Below, one piece after another: positions 25,601-37,522 of a stretch of DNA of 64,000 bases. The DNA comes from Isurus oxyrinchus (lineage: Eukaryota). How positions within the stretch are numbered: position 1 is the first letter of the stretch; every line of letters begins with the position of its first letter. The DNA lies in NCBI GenBank assembly GCA_026770705.1, contig JANJGN010000026.1, positions 5,704,001-5,768,000 of the forward strand. Direction: 5' to 3'. Under the pieces are notes generated by a model that saw only the letters and a list, made by a program, of their open reading frames with translations, made no database searches and was not told the origin of the DNA. Both the position numbers and the translations under genes were made by a program.

Positions 25601-26525
25601 ACATTAGGAGCAATTCAGAGTCACATTCATAATGATTCAGATTCACGCTCAGAATGATTCTGGTTCACAGCCAGAAAGAATCTTTTGAAGGTTGACGTTG
25701 ATTTGGGCTCCCAATCATAACTATTGAGCTTCTTTTTCAAATGGAGTCAAGTTAACATTCAGAATGACTCAAATTCACGTTCATAATGATTCAGATTCAC
25801 CCTCTGAATGATCCAGGCACACATTCATATTGATTCAAAATCACATTGAACAGTATAAAGATTCACATGCAGAAAGTTTTGGACTCAAAATAATTCCGGA
25901 TTCAATTCATAATGATTCATTTCCTGATTCAAAACGATATTGATTAGGAATCAGAATGATTCTGATTCACGTTCAGAATAATTACGCTTCAGATTCTGAT
26001 CTTTTCCGATTCACATTCAGAGCAATTCAGATTCACATTAGGAATAATTCAGATTCAAAATCCGAAATATTCAGATTGACAAAGAGAATGATTCAGATTC
26101 AGATTCAGCTTGATTCAGATTCACCTTGGGAAAGATTCAGATTCAAATTTAGCACCACCTAGTTAAGGATCGTAATTGAATCAAGTGAACATTAAGAACG
26201 TGTGAGGTTCACATTCTGATTGATTCAGATTCACATTCAGAATGATTTAGATTAATATTCAAGTTGATTACCTTTCACATTGAGAAGTGTTCACATTCAT
26301 ATTCAGAATGATGCAGATTCCCATTCAGAGAAAAATAGAATCAGATTATTGTTGATTCATGTTAAGGTATGTTCATACTCTGATTCGGATTGTTTTAGAA
26401 TAGATTGAGGTTTATTCAAGTTCAGAATGATTCAAATTCAGATTGAGATTGATTCAGATTCTAATTCAGAATGATCCAGATTCTGTTTCAGAATGATTCA
26501 GAATCAGATTCAGAATGATCCAGAT
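16665..26525. repeat. ~10 kb degenerate satellite, 22-bp unit TTCAGAATGATTCAGATTCACA
   Basis: Hundreds of TTCAGA/TTCACA hexamers with ATGA/TTGA spacers, all in one orientation; interrupted by a CR1 at ~23871-25050. Confidence 0.95.
23871..25050 (+). mobile_element. 5'-truncated CR1 LINE inserted in the satellite
   Basis: VSKFANETKI, FNVGKCEAMH, RDFFSQRVVN; 3' tail TATGTTCCCATGTTCT. Confidence 0.9.
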
Positions 26526-26529
26526 TCAC

Positions 26530-27680
26530 AATTTTAAATCATTCAATGGACGTGGGCTTCTCTGGCCAGCATTTATTGCCCATCCCTTTTGCCTGTCGCT
26601 GGTGGTGAGCTGCCCAATTGCGCCACTGATGTCCATATGGTATAGGCGCACCCACAGTGCTGATAGGATGAGAGTTCCAGGATATTGACCCAGCGACAGT
26701 GAAGGAATGGCCAAGTCAGGATGGTGAGTGACTTGGAGGGGAACTTTCAGTTGGCAGTATTGCCATTTATCTGCCACCAATGTCCTTCTACATGTGTGTG
26801 GTCATGGTTTTGGAAAGTGCTATCAAAGGAGACTTGGTGAATTCCTGCAGCGTATTCTGTAGATGGCACATGCTTCTTATATTGTGCGTCGGTGATAGGA
26901 GGAGTGAGTGTTTGTGGACGTGGTGCTAATCAAAAGGGCTGTTTTTTCCTGGGTGGTGTCAAGTTCCTTGAGAATTATGTAAGCTGCACTTAGCCAGTAA
27001 AGTGGGGAGTATTCCATCACACTCCTTACTTATGCCTTGTAGATGATAGGCAGGCTTTGGGGAGTCAAGAGGTGACTTACTCGTCACAGCATTCCTAGCC
27101 TCTGGCCTTCTCTTGCAGCCACAATCTCCCGGGATGTTGATCGTGGGGGATTCAACGATGGTAATGTCATTGAACATCAGGGGACAATGATTGGATTCTC
27201 TCTTTTTTGCGGATGGTCAATACCTGTGTGGCGTGAATATTAACTGCCACTTCTCAACTCAACCCTGGACATTGTCCAGGTCTTGCAGCAATTGGGCATA
27301 GACTGCTTCAGAATCTGAGGAGTCAGAAATGGTGCTAAACATTGTGCAATCATCAGTGAACATCCCCAATTCTGACCTTATGATGAAGTAAGGTAATTGC
27401 TGAAGCAGCTGAAGATGGTTGGGCCGGGAATACCACCCTAAGGATCTCCTGCAGTGATGTCTTGGTGCTGAGATGACAGCCCTCCAACATCCACAAGAAA
27501 TTTCCTTTCTGCATGTATAACTTTAACCAACCGTAACTTTTTCCCCTGATTGCCATTGACTTCAGTTTTGCCAAAGCCCTTTGATGCCACACTTGGCCCA
27601 ATGTTGCCTTGGAGTCGAGGTCCGTCACTGTCACCTCACCTCAGCAGTTTATCTCCTTTGCCCATCTTTGAACCAAGGCT
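26530..27680 (-). mobile_element. HER1-like LINE fragment
   Basis: Collinear with 5990-7190 (QVWHQRALAKLKSM, ESPTINIPG). Confidence 0.8.
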
Positions 27681-27699
27681 TTAATCAATATTTGTATAT

Positions 27700-30600
27700 T
27701 TGTGGTGCAGCTATATTAATCCCTAGAATAAATAGAACCCTGCACTGGGAAATTTCTCCACCACTCCAACAATCACGTCTCCTGTTTTCACGTTTTAAAT
27801 TTATATTTTTATAACTAAATTGGCTTGAACCGCCATGAATTCCGCGAACTAACACATTCTCCTGCAGTAACTCTTCTGGACAGCAGATGGCTCTATCGCA
27901 TAGCATTAATGTGTGCATAACCCCTGTATCTTTTAGGCTCTTAACCGACATTCCTGCCTTGCTCGGAAAGCGTGGAAACACTTTTCCTTCGCATATGAGC
28001 TATTTATGGGTCTCTGTAACTTGCCCTTCAGAACTTCCTTCGGCAGGTTGTGAAAACCTCCCCGCCTCTCTGGCGAATACTGACTGTTCCGTTTTCATCT
28101 GTACAAGGGATATTGGCCTGTCTTGCATGTGTTCAACTTTAGAAGACTGCTATCGTTCAGCTTGCTCCGTGTTACTAATACTTTTATAATCATAGGTTTA
28201 CTTTATCTCTGATTCTCTTGCTGGGCCCCGTATGATCCTTTTCCTACACTCAACTACTTGTGTGATATATCAAAAGTATCGGATAAAACGGCAGTTTCCC
28301 TGGAGTTTTTAATGGTTTTTCATCTAACTATGTCTTGATGGTTACTGGAATAGTATTTCTAAATTATTCCATAATCATAATGTTCCTTAAATTGTCATAA
28401 GTCTTGTCTAATTTCAAAGACCTCAGCCTTGGTTCTCGAAGAAATTATTCATTTTCCTTGAAAACTCTACATATGGTTGATTAGTTCTATTTCTTACAGA
28501 CCTAACCTTCAACTGATAAGCTTCAAAGACAATTTCATATGCACTTAGTATTGCGCTTTTAGCTTCCTCGTAGCCTGCACATGGGACCTCTGATAAGCTC
28601 GTGTACATATTCGTTACTGTACCTGAGAAAACACTTAGTAGCATTATGTCGAAGTATCTCGTGGCCAATTCAATTTCATAGCTACCTTTTCAAATCATCT
28701 GAAACATCTTTCAATTCCATGCTCCGTAAAATTAGGCACTAACTTAAGATTTTTTGTTAAATCAAATTCCTCAAAAAATCAAAGTCACCATTTGAATCAC
28801 CAATTCTTCTTTCCTCCTTTATTGTAAGTTTTACTTTAGACAATTCACACTGCCTGGCTTCTTTCTCTCTCTGAAACTCTATATCTCAACTTCTCTCTTT
28901 CCTCAGTTGCTACCTTCTGTCTCTATAGTTGAAGTTCGAGCTTTCACATTTCTATTTATTAAGAACATAGGAACATAAGAAATAGTAACAGTAATATTCA
29001 GCCCCTCGAGCCTGCTCCGCCATTCAATAACGTTTTCCGATGTTTCAGAATCCACATTTCCACCTAACCCCGAACACCTTTGAGACCCTTGCCTAACAAG
29101 GGTTTGTCTATCTCTGCCTTAACAGTATTCAATGGCCCCGCCTTCAATACCTTATGAGGCAGAGAATTCCAAAGTCGCACAACCAGCTTTGAAAGAATAA
29201 TTCCCCTCATCTCTGTCCTAACAGACCTCTTGCGACTTTTTCCTTTTCCTCATCTTGCCCTTCTTCCTCCCTCCCCATCCAAGTGCTTTTATTTCTATTT
29301 ATTCTAATCTGTCCTTATCTTCTTCTTCCTCATTTCTTTCAAATTCAAGTTTTCTCATTTCTCAATTTACTTCTGATTCAAGTCCCTTCAGTTCAATTTC
29401 TTGTTCAAGTTAAAACTTCTTCATCTGCAACTGAAGCCCTACAAATTCCAACTATGAAACACGATTCTCAAGTGTCTCTTCCTCTAACTTTAAATGCTGA
29501 GTAAGCAGTTCAACCATATGAGCCTTAAAAAAATCAGCGTTTATTTCTATCTGGGCTTCATCTGATAACTCTTTTAGAGATTTCAAATGCTCCAAAGTTA
29601 CATTTTGCACTCCCAGAAAAGTCTTAGCAGTTGCATTTTCAAATCCAACCACTTTACAGTCCATCAACACAAACACCCTGACTTCAGCACTCTCTTTTTA
29701 GGTTAACAAATTGCAATTCAAGCAAATAATTTTAAATCAGGCAAAGACCCCCCAAAATTTATTGCAACTTCAGCCGATGTTATTTGCTGAGCAAGACAAA
29801 TCCTAGAGGGAAACCTGTCTTCCTGTGCATAACATTTGCATTTGTATTTTGAAAACAAGAAAAAAAAGCGACTGATCCAAGAAGCATAGAATTTCAAAAG
29901 ACCTTTAGGATTTTGAAACGTCAAAAGATTTATTAACAGGAAGGAAAACAGTGACAATTTAAGATTAAAGTTACGAAGTTGAAACAGTACTACAAAACAT
30001 TGCCAGCACCCTGCCCACAAAACCCCAAATAATCAGGATACACAAGTAATCTATTTGGAAACAACATCCTTACATATTTTTAACTATAAAAATCCATAAA
30101 TATTATCTCAAGTCAAAGCTGCTAATTATTTAGAAAGGATTTACCACATGGCTCTTCAAACACTTGCGCTCTGCTGCGGAAATCCAAGAAAGTTCGGAAC
30201 ACAAACTGCTTTCTGGATAAAATATAACCTTTTTTTTCTTATTTGGCTGGAAGACTGTTTTCAGATATATTACATTGTCTCAGGACAGAGCTGGTCTCAG
30301 GACATCTTCCTCGCACAACCACCACAAATGAGCTCAGCATCTTGATACTAGCAAAATACTGTGGATGTTGGAAAGCTGAAATGAAAAGAGAAACAAAAAA
30401 AGGCACCCCGTTTTCTGTTTTTATTTCAGCTGAACATCTTTCCTTAAATATCCTTTTCCCCTTTCATCTTAGAGTCTATTTTCCTCAGCACCTTCTTGAG
30501 CTAAACCTTTCCATAATAGAAACATCATTAATATTTTCCAATGCCTCCACTTTAGGGTGAAATAAGATATAACAACCTTCCCGTTTTTCTGATGAAACAA

Positions 30601-30960
30601 TTGTAAGTTTCAAACATCTTTGACACTCTGCTTTGAAATTTAACAGCTGCAAGGTCAATTCCCTATCTCCAAATGCGAATTTTAATAACGCACCCTATTT
30701 ACTTCGAAATCCAACTTCACTGTTGCCTCTGATTGCAAATATATGTAACTTGCACCTTCACACTTTTATCTCTCAAGTCATAGATGCAAGCAGCCTCTAT
30801 GAACCTAACCCAAGCTTTATAAATAATGAGCACACACACAAATACACAAGCATCTATTTAGAAAACCAGCTTATTGCCAAAATACTTTCGAAAAAGCATG
30901 CATCTTGTTATAAAACTGTAATAATTTTTCATATTGTTATTGAGATTTATTGCAAAGTAG
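27700..30960 (-). mobile_element. Gypsy (Gmr1-like) LTR retrotransposon remnant: putative LTR + gag
   Basis: Gag-like ...YTSLS...YEEAKSAILSAYEIVFEAYQLKVR...QPYVEFSR (28423-28668) and N-terminal part (29452-29676); degenerate PBS-like TGGGGGGTC...GATTT at ~29735-29756. LTR extent is uncertain. Confidence 0.65.
28960..29225 (-). mobile_element. CR1 3' fragment nested in gag
   Basis: AAGAACATAGGAACATAAGAAATAG tail followed by CR1 3' sequence. Confidence 0.7.
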
Positions 30961-31519
30961 GCATATAGGTGTGGTTCTGGATGTTTCTGTCTGTGTGTAA
31001 TATATTTGATTTGCTAATGAGTAATCATGGATGAGACCTTAGCGAATAATGTGCAAAGGAAGTAAATGAGATGTTTGAATTTCAAAGAGATGGTAGGATG
31101 TTTACAAATGGCGCGATAAGCAATGCCAAGCATTGTGCTTATTTTTCTAAAAAGGAAAGTGCTTATATTGGTATCAAGAAAGATATTTATTTTATGGGAA
31201 AAGTAAATTTGTGAAGACATATGGAATAGTGGAATTTAGAGGTTAAAGATGGAGAACCATATATAAAGCGGAAGGAAAGGCTATTTTAGGGTTGAAACAG
31301 GGACATGTAATATCTAACAGGAGTCCGTGAAGCAGCTTTGGAGAAGCCTCCAGCCATATTTTGCAAAAGTCTGCTGTGGACAGTAACTAAAGCTGGAGAA
31401 AAGCCTTTTGGAATTCTATTATCGCCTGGGTGTTGTGGTAACGTGCTGGCTTGCTTTTAAAATCTAAAATCTATTTTGAACTGTTGCATTAAAAGCGGTA
31501 GGTAAGTGCTCCTGCAAGT

Positions 31520-31890
31520 CTAAACTATTTTGACTTGGAACTATATCGTCGTTCCTTCACTGCCACTGGGTCAAATTCCTGGAACTGCTTTCAAACATCA
31601 GTGAAGGTGTAACTTCATCAGGTGGACTGCAGTTATTCAAGAAGGCAGCTCACAACCATCATCACAAGGGTAATTAGGGGTGGACAACAAATGCTGGCCT
31701 TGCCACTGAAGCCCACATCCCATGAAAATTATCCGCTGCTCTCACTTAGTTTGGCTAATGTGAGACTCCAGATCCACAGAAATGTGGTTGACTCTAAACA
31801 GCCGTCGGGAATTGCCTAATAAGCCGTTCATTTCAAGGGCAATTAAGGGAGGGCAGCAAATATTGACCTTTCCAGCGAAGCCCACACCCC
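31520..31890. mobile_element. HE1-type SINE/LINE tails, tail-containing pieces in both orientations
   Basis: AAGGGTAATTAGGGGTGGACAACAAATGCTGGCC and AAGGGCAATTAAGGGAGGGCAGCAAAT. Confidence 0.6.
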
Positions 31891-31894
31891 ATTA

Positions 31895-31990
31895 AAAATA
31901 TAATAATAATATAATAATCATAATAATAATAATTATTATTATGAATAAGGATAATAATAATGATGATAATAACAATAAAAAATAATAACA
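31895..31990. repeat. (AAT)n microsatellite
   Basis: Imperfect AAT run. Confidence 0.9.
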
Positions 31991-32009
31991 ATATGCTGCA
32001 AATCTGCTC

Positions 32010-32760
32010 ACAGGATGTCGATGGCTGGAACAAGATCTATCCACAAGGAATGTCACCAGTTTCAACTGGACCTGACCACACAGAAATTAATAGGGTGGAA
32101 CTAGGTCTATCCACAGTGAATGTAACAGGTTGAATTGAACTTCTTCACACTGCATTAAAGCGCCTTAATCTCCGCCTCTGTGCTGAGAGTAAACAGGTTG
32201 AATTGGCCCTCTACACATTGTTATTAAACTGGGCCCTGAAAAACTGAATTTATTACCGCTGCTCGTACAAATGTGCATTTCAATGCTTGAAATAAACCAG
32301 TTGGCCTGGACTGAGATCGGCTTCTGAACACTGAGCGCAGCCTATTGAACATCTCCTCCCCAAAGTGAATTTAACCATGATGAACTGGACATGTCCCGGA
32401 CTTTCTGAAAATTTGTGGAATGAATCCGGGCACAGTCACGGTTCCGGTATTAGTGCGGACATGTACGCGAAAAAAATATATTAAAATGAAACTGTGATCA
32501 ACTAGACCAGCCTTTGCAGAATTACAATTCAATTAACTGGCGATATCTATACTGAATATATTCACCCTTAACTGGACATGTGAACAGTGAATGCAACTGC
32601 ACTGGCCTGGGACAATGTACCGTCAATGCACTCGTGCAGAAGAGAATGAAATGCTACTCTGCTGATCTGGACTACAATTCACTCAACGTAACGGTGCCGA
32701 ACCAGACCTGTCCTCACTGAAAATAACACTGCATGATTGGAAATGTAACAATTAATTCAC
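32010..32760. repeat. Degenerate ~35-bp minisatellite upstream of the GPCR
   Basis: Units like AACTGGACCTGACCACACAGAAATTAATAGGGTGG / AACTAGGTCTATCCACAGTGAATGTAACAGGTTG. Confidence 0.65.
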
Positions 32761-33189
32761 AGAGGTTGATTTGAGTTTGTATGCACAGCTCCAGAGTACT
32801 TGAAGTCAATGGTGTTACAGCACAATGTCATAGGGACTGAACAATGTTCAGGAATGAGAACTAAACCGAGTTTTTCCTTCGAGCCAGAATCTTTCTGGTT
32901 CATTGACGCTTGTGCTGAGACTTAACGCAGTATTGGTGGGTTCACAGCGGATAATTATCCATGCATATTACTCGTTTTCGCCATTGAAACCACCTATTTA
33001 GCCTTTCATTATCTTCTTATGAAGGGACATAATTGGAAGTACATAACTGTACTCCCTGGGTATTTTACGTTAGAGACTATTCGGAGCCTTTTAAAAGCAT
33101 TACATACAATCAAAAAATAAACACGATCCTGGCAGCAGCTGCAGTAAACTGTTTGTTTCAATTAGTATAAATATGCAAAGAGTCAAACA

Positions 33190-33226
33190 TTTAATTAACT
33201 CCCGGGAGCCGGACATCGGGTATAAA
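33190..33226 (+). promoter_or_regulatory. Putative GPCR core promoter (HD site + O/E-like + TATA)
   Basis: TTTAATTAACTCCCGGGAGCCGGACATCGGGTATAAA; TATAAA at 33221-33226, 57 bp before the ATG at 33278. Confidence 0.55.
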
Positions 33227-33277
33227 CGTGACAATTTTTCCATGTCGTATAGAACGCGCTGACAACTATTGCTAAAC

Positions 33278-33347
33278 ATGCACGGATCACGGAAAGATCT
33301 TTTCTTTGCCATTTACTATCCTTTCCTTGCAACTATCGGGGTTCCAG
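33278..33347 (+). CDS. GPR139/GPR142-like GPCR, exon 1
   Basis: MHGSRKDLFFAIYYPFLATIGVP + G, then donor GTAAAT (phase 1). Confidence 0.85.
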
Positions 33348-34279
33348 GTAAATTATTGTAGTTAATTGTTTCTTACGGGATTCATTGATTATATGTTATC
33401 ATTGCTCTCATTTACTCGCGGCTCTTCTCTATTGTACCGACATCTTCTCCCTGCTCCCTTCCAAGGTATCTTTATCCTTCAAGCATGGAATTTCTTCAGT
33501 CCAATTGACATAATTTCTCCTCTTTACAATACTTTCACATATTAGTTCTCCAATTCAACGACATAATTACTTACATTTACTGCTGCAATTTATAACCATT
33601 AATGATATAATTTCTCCCCTTTAACAGTGTACTTTTAGTCGTTTATCAGTGTGGTTTCTTCACATTACTGCAATCAATTCTCCCCTCTCTCTTGATAATA
33701 TCAGTTTGAACTTTACTGGATAAATCTATCCAATGCAATGGTCACAGCTAAAAATAATGATAGATTTTTTTTCCTCTTCCAAAGTATAATTTCCTCACTC
33801 TTGCTGCACAATTTCCTACGGTTACTCATACCATTTCACAGCACAAACGTGATCCTATCCTGTTGACACCATCACTGTGGGTGAGTTGTCACATTTTTAA
33901 GACAGTGTAAATGTAGTTTTATTATGCTATTGACACTGATCAGTTTCGACAAGAGATTCACTGAATGAAATTATTCAGAACTTTATTAAACCCCCTCTGC
34001 ATTTTATGATGAACTTTTTTGATGGGACATTACTAACCATTAATTTGTTAACAGAAATATGTTCAAAGTAACGAGTGTTGACTGTACGAATGAATCTGTG
34101 CTTGTGCTCAACTCACAGAATGCACTGTCTCTGCTCTCATACCGAAACACCTATCTACTCATCTCGATTCTCCTCCTCCACCTTAGATGCTGCTGATAAT
34201 TCTACCGTGTCAGCTGCTGAGTCCGGTTATCTTTGCTGCTCCTAGCATCTGCTAATGTCCAGGACTGTCCACTCAACGA

Positions 34280-34765
34280 AGAACAAAGAAAAGGTCAGCA
34301 CAGGCCCTCCAAGCCTGCGCCGATCATATTGCCCGTCAACTAAAACATTTTGCACTTCTGGATTCATAATCCCTCTATTCCCATCCTATTCATGTATTTG
34401 TCACGCTGCCTCCCAAACACCACTATCGTACCTGATTCCACCACCTCCTCTGGCAGCGAATTCCAGACACTCGCTACCCTCTGCGTAAGAAATTGCCCCG
34501 CACATCTCCTGTATAGTTTCCTCCTCTCACCTTAAATCTATCTCCCCTAGTAATTGACTCTTCCACCCTGGGAAAAAGCTTCTGACTATCTACTCTGTCC
34601 ATGCCACTCATAATTTTGTACATCTCTTTCAAGTCGCCTCGCAATCTCCGTCCCTCTCATGAGAACAATCTGAGCTTCTCCAACCTCTCCTCATAGGCAG
34701 CATCCGGGTAAACCTCCTCGGCACCCTCTCCAACGCCTCCATATCCTTCTGATAATGTGGGGATA
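34280..34765 (-). mobile_element. CR1 3' fragment in GPCR intron
   Basis: CR1 3' RT/UTR sequence on the minus strand. Confidence 0.7.
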
Positions 34766-35229
34766 ACTCCTTCAGTCTTTCCTCCCTATAGTTTGTGCCG
34801 CCATAATTGCTGGCACTTCTCGTATCTGATACAAAAGTTTTAATTGCAATATTACGAAATTTATCCTAACAGTACAGTGCAGCACGAAACAGGAGTTGCA
34901 TTCTTAACGGGAAGAGACCTTATGATCTGCTAGCTCTGGGGGTCCATGTCGACAATAGAGATCCCAGGCAACTGCCAGGAGAGGCGCTGGGAGTTACAAG
35001 TGCGGCTCGTCAAAATCTCTAATAGTCTGAAACTATGAATTGCCCTATCGTGGCTCTCTATCTGAGGATCATTTTTATACAGCTAGGCTGCGGAGCTTTC
35101 CAATAGTGGGTCATTTTAGCGTAATTCACAGAGTGAGGCCCGAACCCAGCTGGATATAATACGTTGTAGAAATAAGTTTCGGTTTGAACTTCTTGTTAGT
35201 TTATCTTTTGCGGTCTCTTTCCTCGATCG

Positions 35230-36270
35230 TTTAAATATCACTCGCGGAGTATCACAGGGATCAGTATTTGTGCCCCAGCTATTCAGAATATATATCAATG
35301 ATTTGGATGTGGAACCTAAATTAATATTTATAAGTTTGCTGACGACACGAAACTCGGTGGGAATGTGAGCGATGAGGAGATTATTAAGTGACTTCAAGGC
35401 GACTTTGACAGGTTCGCTGAGTGGGAAAATAAGTGCCATATGCAGTATAACTTCGAAAACTGTGAAGTCATCCACTTTGGTAGGAAAAACAGAACGGCAG
35501 GGCATTATTTAAATGGTAATAGACTCGGAAATGTTAATTTACAAAAGGATCTGGGTGTCGTTGTACACCAATCATTGAAAGCAAGCATGCAGGTGCAACA
35601 AGCAGTAAACGAGGCAAATGTTATGTTGGCCTTCATTGTGAGAGGACTGGAGGACAAGAGCAAGGATGTCTTACTACAGCTGTACAGGGCCTTGGTGATA
35701 CTACACCTGGATAATTGTTTGTAGTTTTGGCCTCCTTACCAAGGAAAGGGTATACTTGACATAGCGACAGTGCAACAAAAGTTCACCAGAGTGATTCCTG
35801 GGATGGCAGGATTGTCGTATAAGGAGATCTTGGGCCGAATAGGCCTGTATTCGCTGAAATTTAGAGGAATGAGAGGGAATCTCATTGAAACATATGAAGT
35901 TCTGACAGGGATGGATAGACTGGCTGCAGGTATGATAGTTCCTCTGGCTGGTGAGTCTAGAACAAGGGGTCACAGTCTCAGGGTATAGGGTAGAAAATTT
36001 AGAACTGAGATGAGGAGAAACTTCTTCAATCAGAGGGTGGTGAACATATGGAATTCTCCATCACAGAGAGCTGTGGAGCCCAGGTCATTGAATATATATA
36101 AGAAGGTAAATGGCAGATCTCTGGATTCTAAAGACGCTAAGGGGTATAGGACGAGTGCAGGAGTACAGCGTTGAGATAGAGGATCAGCTATGGTCATACT
36201 CAATGGTGGAACAGGCTCGAATGGCACAATGACCTACTCCTGCCCCTCGTTTCTATGTTTTTCTATGTTC
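35230..36270 (+). mobile_element. CR1 RT fragment in GPCR intron
   Basis: KFADDTK; NCEVIHFGRKN; RTRGHSLRV. Confidence 0.85.
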
Positions 36271-36602
36271 CGATCACCTGTGATACGTTATTGATGCCAT
36301 TCCCTTTCTCTGTGTGGTGTTCCCACGTTTGGTGCAAAGTGTTTGTGACGGGCTTACATTTATTAGGTATTTGCCCTTTCCTACTTTAAAACGAGACATA
36401 ATTTATTATTTTATTCACAGGAGACGTTCCTGTCGCTTAAAGGACAATTTCCAAACAGCATCATGTGAAAAGCACAATATTTCACACAGAAACCAGTGAA
36501 ATGAATGTTATTTTGGGTTTCGAACAGTAGCGTTGCTGTTCCCAAGAACTCACATGATAAAGACACTCTCGCTTATTCAATTTCTCTCACTCTCTCTTAC
36601 AG

Positions 36603-37522
36603 CTAACTTGGCAGTGATTATGATCCTGTCTCGAGGAAGATGCGGTCTCTCCAGGTGCATCACTTACTATTTGGTTTCTATGGCCGTGTCGGACCTCATG
36701 GTGATTATCAATTCTGTGATATTAAACCGGATCGCTGGTATTTATTTCCCATTTAGTTTCCTGGCCATCACACCGGTCTGCAGTCTCCGTTCTGTCTTCA
36801 ACTATGCAGCCTTAGGCTGTTCAGCACTATTAACGGTCGCTTTCACCTTTGATAGATTTGTGGCCATTTGTTGTCAAAAGTTGAAAATAAAATATTGCAC
36901 CGAGAAGGTGGCAGCGCTGGTTATCGGAACAGTCTGCGCAATCAGCTGTTTTATAACTTCCTTCTTGTATTTGATTTATGAACCTTTGCACACAATTCAC
37001 AATGTACCCTGGTTCTGCAGCATAAAGCACATATTTTATACGTCACCTTCTTGGGTGACATATGACTGGATTCTCCACATTTTAACTCCTTGTCTCCCGT
37101 CCATTCTGATTTTACTGCTCAATGCTTTGACTGCCAGGCACATTCTCGAGGCCAGTCGGGCCCGCAGGAGACTCCAGGCCCAGAGCAGTAGAGAGAATCA
37201 GACTGACCCAGAGATGGAGAAGAGGAGAAAGTCCATTGTTTTACTCTTTGCCATTTCCGGCAGCTTCATCGTATTATATTCGTTAACTTTTATCACCTTC
37301 CTCTACGTCAGAATTGCGAGAGTTACTTATTTCTCTGGTTCCAACTTCAATGAATCAAATGTCATTCTGGAGGAAAGTGGATTTATCTTGAAACTTTTCA
37401 GTTCCTGCATCAATCCTTTTATTTATGCCGGAACCCAGAGTAAATTCAGAGAGGAGTTAATAAATGGGGTGAAATATCCACTCAGTTTCATTTTTAAATT
37501 ATTTAAATTACGAGAAAGGTAA
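36603..37522 (+). CDS. GPR139/GPR142-like GPCR, exon 2 (spliced protein 329 aa)
   Basis: Pyrimidine tract + AG at 36601-36602, phase matches exon 1 (G+CT=Ala). Seven-TM pattern with NL (TM1), MAVSDL (TM2), FTFDRF (TM3), TPCLP (TM5), SSCINPFIY (TM7) and helix 8 KFREEL. The frame is open to TAA. Confidence 0.92.

Noticed and set aside
17744-26162. ORFs rich in IQIHIQNDSDSHSE / FRFTFRM
   Set aside because: These are translations of the 22-bp satellite, with no splice or coding structure.
36533-36602. N-terminus MLFPRTHMIK... of the 329-aa ORF
   Set aside because: This is intron sequence (polypyrimidine tract and AG). The real start is in exon 1 at 33278.
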